From a virus, in IMG/VR virus record IMGVR_UViG_3300008224_000001: 50,991 nt of DNA, one strand, 5' to 3'. Both the position numbers and the translations under genes were made by a program. Below the pieces are notes generated by a model. The model did not search any database. It saw only the letters and a list, made by a program, of their open reading frames with translations, and had not been told where the DNA came from. Below, in pieces: positions 8,296-18,000 of the stretch (positions are counted from its first letter, which is position 1; each line of letters begins with the position of its first letter).

Positions 8296-8781
8296 CTAAT
8301 TATCAATCTGAATCGTTAGCGCACCAATCGCAAACGCGGGGGCTGCATCACCATTATTAATAGTCTTTGGCGTAGTTAAATCAGTACACACAATAGGATT
8401 TCCTGCGGTACTGGCATCTAACATCCCAAATGCTGTCACACTCCCCCAGTTAGCCGTAGGGGCTGGAAAAGTGAGCGTGCCTGCATTACTAATTGTGCCG
8501 CCCGTGGCATTACCATGCGTTCCATTCCAAGCGGCTTGTGATCGCGCAATAGCAACACGTGCATAACTGCCGCCGGTGACTTCTGTACCCAAAGCGGCAT
8601 CAGTGCAGCTGGTAGTAAACAGGGCCACATAATACGAGGCAGGAGCGGTTTCACTAAAAGCCGTGCCACGGAATACGTGATCTGCGATTTTGTTTTCACT
8701 GTAGTCGTTTAAAGAGACGGCTGAGGCAGAAAATGCCATTGCCATGAGTAGTGCGGTTAAAACGTATTTCATTAGTTTCAT
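8296..8781 (-). CDS. Secreted protein of unknown function (161 aa)
   Basis: Cleavable-looking signal peptide MKLMKYVLTALLMAMAFSASA. The mature part resembles small phage fibre-tip-like beta proteins (weak). Confidence 0.5.
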   Translation of the reverse strand: MKLMKYVLTALLMAMAFSASAVSLNDYSENKIADHVFRGTAFSETAPASYYVALFTTSCTDAALGTEVTGGSYARVAIARSQAAWNGTHGNATGGTISNAGTLTFPAPTANWGSVTAFGMLDASTAGNPIVCTDLTTPKTINNGDAAPAFAIGALTIQIDN

Positions 8782-9119
8782 TATTTTTTCCCAATTGTTT
8801 GATTGATTATTTTTTTAGCGCGAGATTCAACGATACTTTCAATAATATAAATGGTCCTGCCTCCCATGTGGCCTGAGATAGCGACCAATGCCGCTGTCAT
8901 ATAAAAACCCACCCCGTAGCTTTGGCAAAAATACGCGGTAACAATGCCAGAGAAGCCACTGATCGACCACTCACTCAGTAATTCAGCTATCGAGAAATTA
9001 CCTTTTTCTTTTTTTAATTTTGAGATATAAGAAGCTGTCCCCCCCCAAATTGCGAGGAAAACAAACCACGCATAGCCCACGCTATTCTCTAAAATTGGTT
9101 TAATATGTTGTTCTAGCAT
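8781..9119 (-). CDS. Putative holin (three predicted TM segments)
   Basis: 112 aa with hydrophobic stretches (YAWFVFLAIWGG, GFSGIVTAYF, MTAALVAISGHMGG) and a charged C-terminus. Confidence 0.4.
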   Translation of the reverse strand: MLEQHIKPILENSVGYAWFVFLAIWGGTASYISKLKKEKGNFSIAELLSEWSISGFSGIVTAYFCQSYGVGFYMTAALVAISGHMGGRTIYIIESIVESRAKKIINQTIGKK

Positions 9120-9388
9120 TACGGTATTTTCCCTATTAGTGCATTCAACGCGTCATACGCTTTATCGTTACCTTTCATACCCACGGCTGAACTGCTGACC
9201 GTGCAACCGGCTTGTATATTCAAATCACCTGCCCCAAATTCACGCATACTGCTAAGCGCTGTTTCGCACGTCTCTTCAACCACGATTACAACCCCTTCAG
9301 GTGTCTTTGTTGTTGTAATGACGTGCTTTTTGTTTGAGTAATTTGCACAACTCAGTAAAAAAACAGACAGTAATAAGATTATTTTCAT
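9119..9388 (-). CDS. Lipoprotein (89 aa)
   Basis: MKIILLLSVFLLSC lipobox. Confidence 0.55.
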   Translation of the reverse strand: MKIILLLSVFLLSCANYSNKKHVITTTKTPEGVVIVVEETCETALSSMREFGAGDLNIQAGCTVSSSAVGMKGNDKAYDALNALIGKIP

Positions 9389-9978
9389 ACCAACGCATCA
9401 ATATAAAATTGAATGTCATGATCGTCCCACGTGGGCTTTGTAGCTTCAACAGGCTTGTTTACACGAATAACGGGGTAGTTATGCCGATACCACGTATGAC
9501 GAGCCATTAATGGCACAACATCTGCTTTATGGCGGTAGTTAATCTGATAAAAATCAAGTGTTTTGCGTGAATGCTGCGTTTTAGGTGAACCAAAACCCAC
9601 CCAAGACACCGAAAACCCTCGTCTTTCTAACTTAGCCGCGCAGATTAAAGCCAACGCACCGCCTAAACTATGGCCCGTTAAAATCACGGGCTGATTTCTA
9701 TCTAGCTTATTGCTTAAAAATTCAGCCGCTGTTCTGCCACCCTTTAAAAATCCGGCATGACACCAACCGCAGTCTTTGTCGTACCAAGGCAGCAAGCGTA
9801 AATCACGCAACACATCAACCCAGCCACGCCCTGCAAATAATGATCCTGTTTCCGTGCCGCGAAAAGCGACCACCTGGCAATCATCTTCATATTTAATGAT
9901 TGCCTCGCATTCGCCTAGATTAAACGTGGCGTATGCGTAGGATTCTTGGCAGATTGTGGCTAGGTTGGCGTGATCCAT
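9385..9978 (-). CDS. Class-3 lipase / alpha-beta hydrolase
   Basis: AFRGTE...W..D motif and GHSLGGALA nucleophile elbow. Confidence 0.7.
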   Translation of the reverse strand: MDHANLATICQESYAYATFNLGECEAIIKYEDDCQVVAFRGTETGSLFAGRGWVDVLRDLRLLPWYDKDCGWCHAGFLKGGRTAAEFLSNKLDRNQPVILTGHSLGGALALICAAKLERRGFSVSWVGFGSPKTQHSRKTLDFYQINYRHKADVVPLMARHTWYRHNYPVIRVNKPVEATKPTWDDHDIQFYIDALV

Positions 9979-9982
9979 GTGC

Positions 9983-10990
9983 TTATACCTTAGTCAGCTT
10001 AATGATAGAACGCGGCTTAGTGGATAAGTTCAATGGGTTTGATTGCGCTTCTAAATCAATCCCTTTATTGAACGCACGGGGCTCTTGCTTAGCATAAAAT
10101 GGCAAGCCCATTGTATTAACGGTTTCCATGTAATCAGCAGGCGCAAAGCGAGTGATTAATAAGCCTTGTACGATAGGAATTAAGTACGCATCATCTGTAC
10201 CGATAAATTCAACCGAACCTACTTTTCCGTAGTATTCAACAAATTCAACATCTGCGACAGAAAACCCACGCTGACGATGATCGCCCAACATAATGTTAGC
10301 CGCTTGATTCCAGCCAGCATAAGCGACTTCAATGGTTTTATGGCCTGTTAAGGCATCAAAGAAGTTGCGACCACACACGCAGCGCCAGCCGGTAATTATT
10401 CCTGAATCACCAATGGCATCTTCTGCTTTACGTTTTGCAGCAATAATTTTATCTCGAACCTTAGTGGCTTCCGTTGTTAATGCCATTGCTTGTGTTTGCT
10501 GCGTCACACCAAACCGAGCAAAAACATCTAACAAAACGCCCGACCCATCGGCATCAAGCACTTGCCCTTTGATTGCACCAATACGATGAAAGGCCATTGT
10601 TGCTTCAAGGCGATTACGCATTTTTGTTAATTGCTTAGCAACAATTGCTTCAACTGTTTGTAATTCTGTTTCAGAACCAAACGCTCTAACACCCTGCACT
10701 TCATCAGCATTAATTCCGCCAATTGCGGGTAAGTGAATCGTTGAAAAAGGAATGGCAGTACGCTTACTTTTCGCTGTCGTACCACCTGGCTGACCACGCT
10801 CACCGGCGGGCACTAAGGTTAATGAATCGCCGTCTTTTTCAATCCAAACAGCGGTTGATGTCACCCCATCTTCTTCAAATAAATCATCAACGACACCCGG
10901 GACGCGCTGCCCTTCTGTTGATTCATTAATTGATGCTGTTAAGGTCGATACGCCAAACGCATCGCCTTCAAAAATATCTAATCCTGGCAT
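9983..10990 (-). CDS. E: Major capsid protein (lambda gpE family)
   Basis: 335 aa; N-terminus MPGLDIFEGDAFGVSTLTASIN... typical of Phage_cap_E; follows the gpD-like gene. Confidence 0.8.
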   Translation of the reverse strand: MPGLDIFEGDAFGVSTLTASINESTEGQRVPGVVDDLFEEDGVTSTAVWIEKDGDSLTLVPAGERGQPGGTTAKSKRTAIPFSTIHLPAIGGINADEVQGVRAFGSETELQTVEAIVAKQLTKMRNRLEATMAFHRIGAIKGQVLDADGSGVLLDVFARFGVTQQTQAMALTTEATKVRDKIIAAKRKAEDAIGDSGIITGWRCVCGRNFFDALTGHKTIEVAYAGWNQAANIMLGDHRQRGFSVADVEFVEYYGKVGSVEFIGTDDAYLIPIVQGLLITRFAPADYMETVNTMGLPFYAKQEPRAFNKGIDLEAQSNPLNLSTKPRSIIKLTKV

Positions 10991-11003
10991 TGGTTTTCTC
11001 CAA

Positions 11004-11030
11004 ACATAAAAAAACCCACATTAAGCGGGC
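11004..11030 (-). terminator. Hairpin-T7-ATGTT element #3, upstream of the major capsid gene
   Basis: Minus strand reads GCCCGCTTAATGTGGGTTTTTTTATGT. The stem needs a G-U pair that exists only in the minus-strand RNA. Confidence 0.5.
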
Positions 11031-11056
11031 TGTTATTAACTAAAAATGATTAAGAC

Positions 11057-11401
11057 TTATCGAACGATGATATTCAGCGCGAGTAAATCCGCTGTACCGT
11101 TGGCATCATTGCCGGTTAATGAATCGCCAGCGACTTCACCTAAACGCGCAAATAACACGCCTTTCGCATCAGCCGCCGCTGCATCAACGCCATCATATAA
11201 AATACCCGCTGCGACTTCTGATCCATCCGCCGCTGCATTGTCGTAATCTTTATATTTACCCGACGCGGTAATCTTGCCTACTACTGTGCCAGCAACAAGG
11301 ACTTGCCCTGATAGCACGGTAATGCCTTCACGACTAATGCTACCGTTGCCTTTCGACACGATAAACTCACCTGCGTGCATTCTTTCTGTTTGTATAGCCA
11401 T
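11057..11401 (-). CDS. D: Head decoration protein (lambda gpD-like)
   Basis: 114 aa, between the protease/scaffold and capsid genes; the sequence looks gpD/DUF2190-like. Confidence 0.65.
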   Translation of the reverse strand: MAIQTERMHAGEFIVSKGNGSISREGITVLSGQVLVAGTVVGKITASGKYKDYDNAAADGSEVAAGILYDGVDAAAADAKGVLFARLGEVAGDSLTGNDANGTADLLALNIIVR

Positions 11402-12405
11402 TATTTATTCCTCATATTGGATTTTTTACGTTCTGCATAAATATCATGCGAATTGACTGTCTTTTGCTCTTTTTCTGCCACGATAGTCGGCGTGGGTACT
11501 GAGGCGTTAATCTCTGTATCACCCGTTGTTAACATATCAAACAAGTCAGCTCTGACTTGCTCAACACTCACACCCGATTTAATGTAATCTGCCGCAACTT
11601 CAGGCACTTTTGCCGCTGCACAAATCGCGCGGATTTCTGAGGCGGTTTGTTCGGATTTTGCGGCGATTGCTTGCTGTTGTTCAGCGGATATTTCATTCGT
11701 CGATTCTGGAGATTGATTTTCTACTGAATCCCCCGTTTCTTCAGCCTTAATAGCCAATATTTCAGCCTCTAGCGCCGCAATACGGTCAGTTTTAATCACT
11801 TGCTCAGCTTCAGACACCATAAGCGATGAAAAATCGTCATTGCTCATCAGATTTAAAATAGGGGTACTGGGTGTTTCGATGGCGGTAATAAATCCACGAC
11901 GCAATGCCTCTTGAGCATTCATCATGGTTTCATTTTTTAATAACGCTTCCAATGAGGCTCTTGATTGCCCTGTTACGCGCTCATAAATATCTAAAAGGCT
12001 ATTTTTAACGGTTACTAAATAATCAGCCGTTTTAAATAAATCCTCAGCATACCCTTGAACACCAGTTAAAGGCTCATGCACATACATGGTTGTCCCCTCT
12101 AACATTACGCGCTCATCACCTGCCAAAGCAATAACCGAGGCAATACTAGACGCCTCACTAAAGACGACCGTTTTTATATGTGCCGAGTGACGCGATAAGT
12201 AGTTAAAAATACCTAAGCCAACGCTAACGCTACCGCCTTTTGAGCTGATATGTACTTCAATATTATCAACACTGCCTAGCGCCTCAACATCAGCGATAAA
12301 ACTTTCTTCTGAAACGCCTTCTTCAAAAAAACCGCCCCCAATAATTCCCCTGATATTAACAACAGGGGTCTCACCACTTTTATCTATATTGTAAAATTCC
12401 TTCAT
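11401..12405 (-). CDS. Prohead serine protease (ClpP/S49 fold) fused to a scaffold-like C-terminus (gpC/Nu3 analogue)
   Basis: The N-terminal 200 aa are ClpP/S49-like (GGSVSVGLGIFN..., SSIASVIALAG). The C-terminus is an acidic coiled coil. Confidence 0.75.
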   Translation of the reverse strand: MKEFYNIDKSGETPVVNIRGIIGGGFFEEGVSEESFIADVEALGSVDNIEVHISSKGGSVSVGLGIFNYLSRHSAHIKTVVFSEASSIASVIALAGDERVMLEGTTMYVHEPLTGVQGYAEDLFKTADYLVTVKNSLLDIYERVTGQSRASLEALLKNETMMNAQEALRRGFITAIETPSTPILNLMSNDDFSSLMVSEAEQVIKTDRIAALEAEILAIKAEETGDSVENQSPESTNEISAEQQQAIAAKSEQTASEIRAICAAAKVPEVAADYIKSGVSVEQVRADLFDMLTTGDTEINASVPTPTIVAEKEQKTVNSHDIYAERKKSNMRNK

Positions 12406-13856
12406 TAAGCATCACTCTCTGTTGTTAGTTTAAGATCTTTTTCACGATTCATATCTTCAGCCCGTTCTTCATCAACTTTAATAGGATCGCGGTTATTTTT
12501 AGTAATTTGTTGCTGCCTTGATTCCAACCCGCCTTCTCTATCTACTTTTCTTGCATTGGCATCTTGCAATGGATGAATAGACGGCCATGCTGGTGCGGTA
12601 TGGTCTGCACGTAGATATTCATGACGCTTGGTTTCAAAATTAGGCGCACTAATCGCACCGGATAACACGGCGGCATCCACGACAGAATCCCACATCACCC
12701 GACAAACTTGCTGAATAGTGATTAGGTCTTGCGTTTGCTCTACTTCTTTGCGGTATTGGTTCATAATCGCACGCCAAACCCGATCATTAATGCCGCGATA
12801 ATCACCGGTGGTTAATTCGTAAGGCACGTCTTGCCCAGCGGCGACCGCTAGTAATTGCCGACGCTGAAAATCTTCATAGCCTGCGCCAGTTTCGTCACCA
12901 TTGAATAGCTCGATGTTTTCACCTGGCAATAAACTAGGGAAAGTTCCGGTCTCTAAATCCAGCATCGGAATGCCATTACCATCATCAACAATCGGTTGGC
13001 CTGAAATGGGGTCAAACTCATAATCTGCTTCACCATAATCAGGTCGATGGATAACACCAGTAAATTGACTGCGCGTTTCTTTGCGGGTTAATTCTGCATC
13101 GTCGTATTTATCAAATACATGTGCTCTTACCATGGATTGCACGGCATTAGGATCACCGCGCATTTGGCCCGGTCTTAATGGCACGTAATGGTGAATAATT
13201 TGCTCAGCAGGGACGCGAACTAAGCCGCTAAAATCCATCATGCCTTCGTGTGGATGTTTTTTATACATCCAGTAGGCAACACGCTTTCCAGCGGAATCTA
13301 TTTCGATACCCGAGGTAATATCATTGCCATTGCTGGCTGCTTTATTCAGGCTAACAGGGCAAAAGGCCGCTTCTAATACTTGGAATTGCACCGGAATTGG
13401 TAAGCCATCGGACAATTTTCTTTGTCTGATTCGCACAAAGACTTCACCACTTTCTTTTCTTGCCCTTGCTGCTTGCCATTGAATGCCGTAGGCGCTTAAT
13501 ATGCCTGAAGCATCGGCATGAGGGATGTAATCATTCCAAAGCTCACGCATTGCTAGTCTAAACTTTTCATTAGGCGATTTAGAGCGGGGAATAATGCCAG
13601 TACCGATTTCATTAGCAATATCAGCTTTCAATCCACGCGATAACCAAGGGTTATTACGTATCAGCGAGTGCATTCGGCGGCGGATAAATTCCACTTCGGC
13701 GGTCGCTGCTTTATTGGGGCCTAATTCTGGAGCATCCCAACCGCCTAATTTACGGCCGGTTGCGCTGGCTTCATACGCACGGTTTTCTATATTGAGTGGA
13801 TTGCCCTGTAAATCAACAATCACACCCGCTTTTCGTCTTGATTTAAGTGCGCTCAT
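12405..13856 (-). CDS. B: Portal protein (lambda gpB family)
   Basis: 483 aa, between the gpW-like and protease genes. Confidence 0.8.
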   Translation of the reverse strand: MSALKSRRKAGVIVDLQGNPLNIENRAYEASATGRKLGGWDAPELGPNKAATAEVEFIRRRMHSLIRNNPWLSRGLKADIANEIGTGIIPRSKSPNEKFRLAMRELWNDYIPHADASGILSAYGIQWQAARARKESGEVFVRIRQRKLSDGLPIPVQFQVLEAAFCPVSLNKAASNGNDITSGIEIDSAGKRVAYWMYKKHPHEGMMDFSGLVRVPAEQIIHHYVPLRPGQMRGDPNAVQSMVRAHVFDKYDDAELTRKETRSQFTGVIHRPDYGEADYEFDPISGQPIVDDGNGIPMLDLETGTFPSLLPGENIELFNGDETGAGYEDFQRRQLLAVAAGQDVPYELTTGDYRGINDRVWRAIMNQYRKEVEQTQDLITIQQVCRVMWDSVVDAAVLSGAISAPNFETKRHEYLRADHTAPAWPSIHPLQDANARKVDREGGLESRQQQITKNNRDPIKVDEERAEDMNREKDLKLTTESDA

Positions 13857-14075
13857 TTATAAGCCTTTGCTTGTTCTAGCTCGGAACCCAGTCGGGCGGC
13901 GTATGCCTGAAATGGCTGCTGATTGAGCATTAAAATCGCGCTGCATAGCATCCAAAGCAGTGAGCATTTCAGGAATAGATTGGTATTCAACCGAACGCCC
14001 GTTTAACTGAACCTTGCGCTTACCTGTTGCAATGGCAGCTTTTAGGGTGTCAATATTTGCTTGTGTCCATGCCAT
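13857..14075 (-). CDS. W: Head-tail joining protein gpW-like
   Basis: 72 aa; MAWTQANIDTLKAAIATGKRKVQLNGRSVEYQS matches the gpW family pattern. Confidence 0.7.
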   Translation of the reverse strand: MAWTQANIDTLKAAIATGKRKVQLNGRSVEYQSIPEMLTALDAMQRDFNAQSAAISGIRRPTGFRARTSKGL

Positions 14076-14088
14076 AATTTTATTGTTC

Positions 14089-14115
14089 GCATAAAAAAAC
14101 CTGCACGGGGCAGGC
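14089..14115 (-). terminator. Hairpin-T7-ATGCG element #4, between terL and gpW
   Basis: Minus strand reads GCCTGCCCCGTGCAGGTTTTTTTATGC. Confidence 0.55.
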
Positions 14116-14136
14116 TTTAGGGTTAATTAAGGGGTG

Positions 14137-16239
14137 TTATCGTCTTGATCTCATTCGTGTTCGCCTAATAACCGCCGGTTTAACTTCTTCTGCGACGACT
14201 TCAACAGGCTTAGCACCGTAAATTTCTGTGTTTTTATCCCATGTTTCAGCCCATAACGGTGGGCTTTCCCAGTTTATTTCTGATTGCCAATGGCTGATTA
14301 GTTTCACTAAAAAGGCGGCTTCGGCATAACAAAATAGGTCAAATGTCTCATTTCTGAGCTTATTAGGGTTTTCCCAGCCTTCTTCGGTGCGTTTTTCAGC
14401 GACTAATTCATCATAAAACCATTTCCCTAGCCAATCAGGAAAGTGAATATAGTTATCGCCAGGCTCTACCCGACTTAAATCAGCAAAGATTGAATCTTTT
14501 AAAGTCGTAGTATTCAGTAACCACAAGGGCAACTCACCGGTTACTTTTGCTTTTCGTGCGGCAGAACTGGTCTTATCTGGATTACTTTTATGCACTTTCG
14601 GCTTATTGGCGGTACGCTTTGGCCTTTCACCTTTAATCAAAATAAAACGGTGATGTAATTGCTTTCTGCGCATTTCACGCCAGAATACATAAGCTCTTTC
14701 TGTTACCCCGTCACGCCCACCTGAATCACACGCAGTCATTAACACGGCCATTTCTCGATTGCTGTCATCCGCCAAGGGATAACGCTTTTTAATCACTTTT
14801 TTCTCGATTAAAAACCAATCTTCAATGTGCGCAGCGGGATCAACAGGATGGAATCCATCAGCACTCATTCTTTCGGATTGCGTTATATCAAACCGATCAA
14901 TCAGCCATTTTTCTTTATTAACGCCGTAGCCAATAATTTGCACAACCCACTTGGTTTTCTGTACATCCACTGAAGCCATCAAGAAACGTACGCCGTCGGG
15001 AACCATTTGCTTAGGTAACGACTCGGCCCGCTCCATGTATTCATCTGAATTGACCGCCGACATTAATCGACGCGGTAAATAAGGCGCTGCAAAATCAACA
15101 TTAATAGTTGTTTTCAGGTTTTGCTCATTGCCGGTAATGTCATATTCACGACACCCATTGAGATATTTCTCAACTAAAGCGGTCGGATTTGAGTAAGCCG
15201 CAAAGATGCCAGGGAACCAAAAGGTGGCCATGCGACTTTTACGCGCTTCACCGACTATTTCGCCATTTTCAACATGACATCCTTGCGGAACCCAAAGGCT
15301 CGACTGGTTCATCTTGTTTTTATGCTTAATGTCGATTAAACAGCCATTTTTAGTACAGACATATTTAACGTCGCGAAATATTTCGGCATCCGTCGCCCCG
15401 AATAAATCACGGGTATGGATAAAATCTAAGCCACGCTCATCAGGCGGTGGCATAAAATATTGGTCACATTCAGGGCATTGCACGTAATATCTGTGCATAT
15501 TTCCCATATTGAACAAGGATAATGCACCACCACACGGCGGGGCTTCATGTTCAAATTTTGGTGTGTAATGTGGGTTACTGACTTCAAAGCCTGGTGATGT
15601 TTCTACTAAAGTCATGCCACGGCTTAAAAATTTTGTGGTTCTTTTTTGTGCTAATGAAAATGGGCTACCTTCTTTTTCAATATCCTGATCCATTCGATCA
15701 TAATCAGTTAAAAGCACGTATTTAAGCGGCTTTCCTGATAGTTTGTTAATCGATGGCCACGCCTGAAATAAAATATTTCCGCCGCGAAAAACCTTATCAA
15801 AGGTATTGTCTGATTTATTGCCGGGGGCGAGTTCTTTTCTTAATTCGGGGCTATCACGTAAAGTACGTTTCACCACCTGCATATCAAAATCACGCGCAGT
15901 ATCTTTACTGGTCTGCAAAATCATAATATCTGATTTATCGCATTTTAAAACGTAGGCCAGAAAGCAGGTAATCATGGCCTGAGTCTTGCCACTTTGGGCA
16001 GGCCCTACAAAAATAACCGATTCATATTCACGACTGGTTAAGCAATTCATCGGCTTAACCATGTACGGCGTTAATTTAGGGTCCCAACTATCGATACCCC
16101 CGCTGGACGTTCGCACATTCACATATCGAGTTGCTGCTTCACTGACTGTAAGGCGTTCAGGTGGCCTAACAATATTGGCAATATCTCTGCGAATACCGAT
16201 CGCACCAAAATAACTCACGATTCCAAGGCGATTGCCCAC
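14137..16239 (-). CDS. A: Terminase large subunit (lambda gpA family)
   Basis: 700 aa; Walker A GPAQSGKT; CPECDQYF zinc motif; gpA-like length. Confidence 0.9.
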   Translation of the reverse strand: MGNRLGIVSYFGAIGIRRDIANIVRPPERLTVSEAATRYVNVRTSSGGIDSWDPKLTPYMVKPMNCLTSREYESVIFVGPAQSGKTQAMITCFLAYVLKCDKSDIMILQTSKDTARDFDMQVVKRTLRDSPELRKELAPGNKSDNTFDKVFRGGNILFQAWPSINKLSGKPLKYVLLTDYDRMDQDIEKEGSPFSLAQKRTTKFLSRGMTLVETSPGFEVSNPHYTPKFEHEAPPCGGALSLFNMGNMHRYYVQCPECDQYFMPPPDERGLDFIHTRDLFGATDAEIFRDVKYVCTKNGCLIDIKHKNKMNQSSLWVPQGCHVENGEIVGEARKSRMATFWFPGIFAAYSNPTALVEKYLNGCREYDITGNEQNLKTTINVDFAAPYLPRRLMSAVNSDEYMERAESLPKQMVPDGVRFLMASVDVQKTKWVVQIIGYGVNKEKWLIDRFDITQSERMSADGFHPVDPAAHIEDWFLIEKKVIKKRYPLADDSNREMAVLMTACDSGGRDGVTERAYVFWREMRRKQLHHRFILIKGERPKRTANKPKVHKSNPDKTSSAARKAKVTGELPLWLLNTTTLKDSIFADLSRVEPGDNYIHFPDWLGKWFYDELVAEKRTEEGWENPNKLRNETFDLFCYAEAAFLVKLISHWQSEINWESPPLWAETWDKNTEIYGAKPVEVVAEEVKPAVIRRTRMRSRR

Positions 16240-16700
16240 GTTTCGCGTAGTGCATCAAGCCTAAGCTCAACTGAGGAAATCACATCAGAGGGCAATTGGA
16301 AATCTCTTTCTAAAATATCCGGTAAGGTTTCAATCACCTGTAGTCCCATCTTTACGATTTCGGCCATTTCCATGCGGCAATCTTCAACCGAAGCGGTCAC
16401 GCCTGTTTCTTTCTCAAATTTAACCCGATCATTTTCAGACCGATACCAATCAGAGCGTTCTTTAGGCGGCATAATTTCAGGATCATTAACTCGGCTTCCG
16501 TCAGATTTTGGCGGAGTCAGTATTGCCGCTGCTGCATCACCCACCCGATAAACAGGATGCCCGCGTCTTTCACCAGAAGGATTAATATGTGCATTTCTTA
16601 AACGACTGCCAACAGTCTCCCTAGCAATACCAAATTCACGCGACAATTGGTTCAACGACCAAGAGAAATACTCATCCTGAGTAACAACAACCGCGCTCAT
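16215..16700 (-). CDS. Terminase small subunit (Nu1-like, N-terminal HTH)
   Basis: 161 aa; overlaps the terL start; LSREFGIARETVGSRL helix-turn-helix. Confidence 0.6.
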   Translation of the reverse strand: MSAVVVTQDEYFSWSLNQLSREFGIARETVGSRLRNAHINPSGERRGHPVYRVGDAAAAILTPPKSDGSRVNDPEIMPPKERSDWYRSENDRVKFEKETGVTASVEDCRMEMAEIVKMGLQVIETLPDILERDFQLPSDVISSVELRLDALRETWAIALES

Positions 16701-17001
16701 TTAACCTATCTTTTTTCCAGAAAAAAACAGCCAAGTTACAAACATACCGACATCCTTTTTAAGCACTCTCAAGCAAAAATAAACCAAACCCCCACACCCC
16801 ACAAACCACGCCACCTACAGCCAAAACCCAACCCTGTAGTTGAGACCCATACGCCCCCAAAAATTCAAAAAAAACGCGCGTTTCACTTCTCGCAATTGCT
16901 GCCTATGGGGCTGGGGACCCCGACAACTAAAGAAAACAGATCAACCAACACCACCAAGGAAACCAGTGCTAGCGGATCAATCAACACCGCAATAAATAGC
17001 A

Positions 17002-17133
17002 GGCATAAAAAAACCCACAACACCGGGGCGGGTGTGCGGGTTTCGTGTGGGCATAAAAAAACCCGCTAAGCATTGGAGCTGGGCGGGCTTAAGGTAGGCA
17101 TAAAAAAAGCCCATCTAATTACTTAGCGGGCTT
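17002..17133 (-). terminator. Three tandem hairpin-T7-ATGCC elements (#5a 17002-17043, #5b 17049-17090, #5c 17097-17133)
   Basis: GGCATAAAAAAA(C/G)CC followed by an imperfect stem-loop, three times in 132 bp. The stems use G-U pairs valid only on the minus strand. Confidence 0.6.
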
Positions 17134-17216
17134 AAGGTGTACTTGTTTCAATTGTGGGAAATTAGAACAGTTTTATACTCAGTTTGCAAATTGTTTTGTT
17201 TTATTTATTTTATACC

Positions 17217-17248
17217 AGGCATAAAAAAGCCCCGATTAAGGGGCTTTT
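17217..17248 (-). terminator. Hairpin-T6-ATGCC element #6 (symmetrical, possibly bidirectional)
   Basis: aggcATAAAAAAGCCCCGATTAAGGGGCTTTT. Confidence 0.6.
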
Positions 17249-17264
17249 ATCTATGCGATTTGCC

Positions 17265-17633
17265 TTACTTTATCCATTCGTTATACTTAAAACTACTTAT
17301 CAAATCATTATCAAATTTGCTTAATTCGTCCGGGCTCATATCATCTAAGCACGGCGTACTGTTCATTATTTCTCGCAGTGCTTTTCCTTGCATCTGATCC
17401 GACTCGACTTGGTTAGCGTTAGTAATAGCCGCCGAAACTTTAGGAAGCATTGATAATGCTTGATTGTTTAATTGTGCTTGAATACTCATTTTATTAGCCT
17501 TAATCCAGTCGTTAATTATAATTCTTAATTGCATTTCCTGTTCGTCAGTAACCCAAACATTCCGTAATTCTTTTTTCCCTGCGCTGGCCCTGCGTTCACG
17601 CAAAGCCGCTTGGCGATCTTTTGATGTTGCCAT
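17265..17633 (-). CDS. Hypothetical protein (122 aa). The basic N-terminus weakly resembles RepB/CopB-type regulators.
   Basis: ORF track; QAALRERRASAGKKELRNVWV pattern. Confidence 0.45.
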   Translation of the reverse strand: MATSKDRQAALRERRASAGKKELRNVWVTDEQEMQLRIIINDWIKANKMSIQAQLNNQALSMLPKVSAAITNANQVESDQMQGKALREIMNSTPCLDDMSPDELSKFDNDLISSFKYNEWIK

Positions 17634-17932
17634 TAGTTAAATCCGAGCTTTTCCATAATCGCTAGATGATAAGGTATACCATCATATGGGTCGTACAAAT
17701 CCGATATAATTTGGTATTCTTCGGCACTAATATCTGTAATAAAGCTCCTTAACCCACTGTCAGAAGTGGGCGACGTGGCTATTAAAACAATTCTTTCGCT
17801 GCCTTCCGCATCGTAAATATCTGCGCCATATTGCCCCGTCTTTAACCCTTCAGCACTTAATCTTGTATACATATCGGTACAAGTTTTCTTGCTTATATTG
17901 TGTCTTTTACCGTCAATCATTACTGTGTTCAT
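17633..17932 (-). CDS. Hypothetical protein (99 aa)
   Basis: ORF track; start/stop overlap with the next ORF. Confidence 0.5.
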   Translation of the reverse strand: MNTVMIDGKRHNISKKTCTDMYTRLSAEGLKTGQYGADIYDAEGSERIVLIATSPTSDSGLRSFITDISAEEYQIISDLYDPYDGIPYHLAIMEKLGFN

Positions 17933-17986
17933 ATTATTACCCCGTTTTGTCTAGAGAATTTCTAAACTCTATGCATGAATACACGC

Positions 17987-18000
17987 TGTTACGCGTAACA
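17987..18000. promoter_or_regulatory. Perfect 14-bp palindrome TGTTACGCGTAACA upstream of 17932
   Basis: Read directly. Confidence 0.4.

Noticed and set aside
8436-8699. Overlapping alternative-frame ORFs (8436..8699, 21444..21686, 23799..24029, 24036..24251, 7005..7190, 48900..49148, 19151..19336)
   Set aside because: Each is embedded in a longer ORF that has recognisable motifs or better operon context. Their translations are Cys/Arg/Trp-rich noise.
16647-17397. + strand ORFs 16647..17069 and 17137..17397 across the cos and terminator region
   Set aside because: They run through the stacked hairpin elements and C/A-rich non-coding DNA. Their Pro/Thr/His/Lys-rich translations reflect composition, and neither has an RBS.
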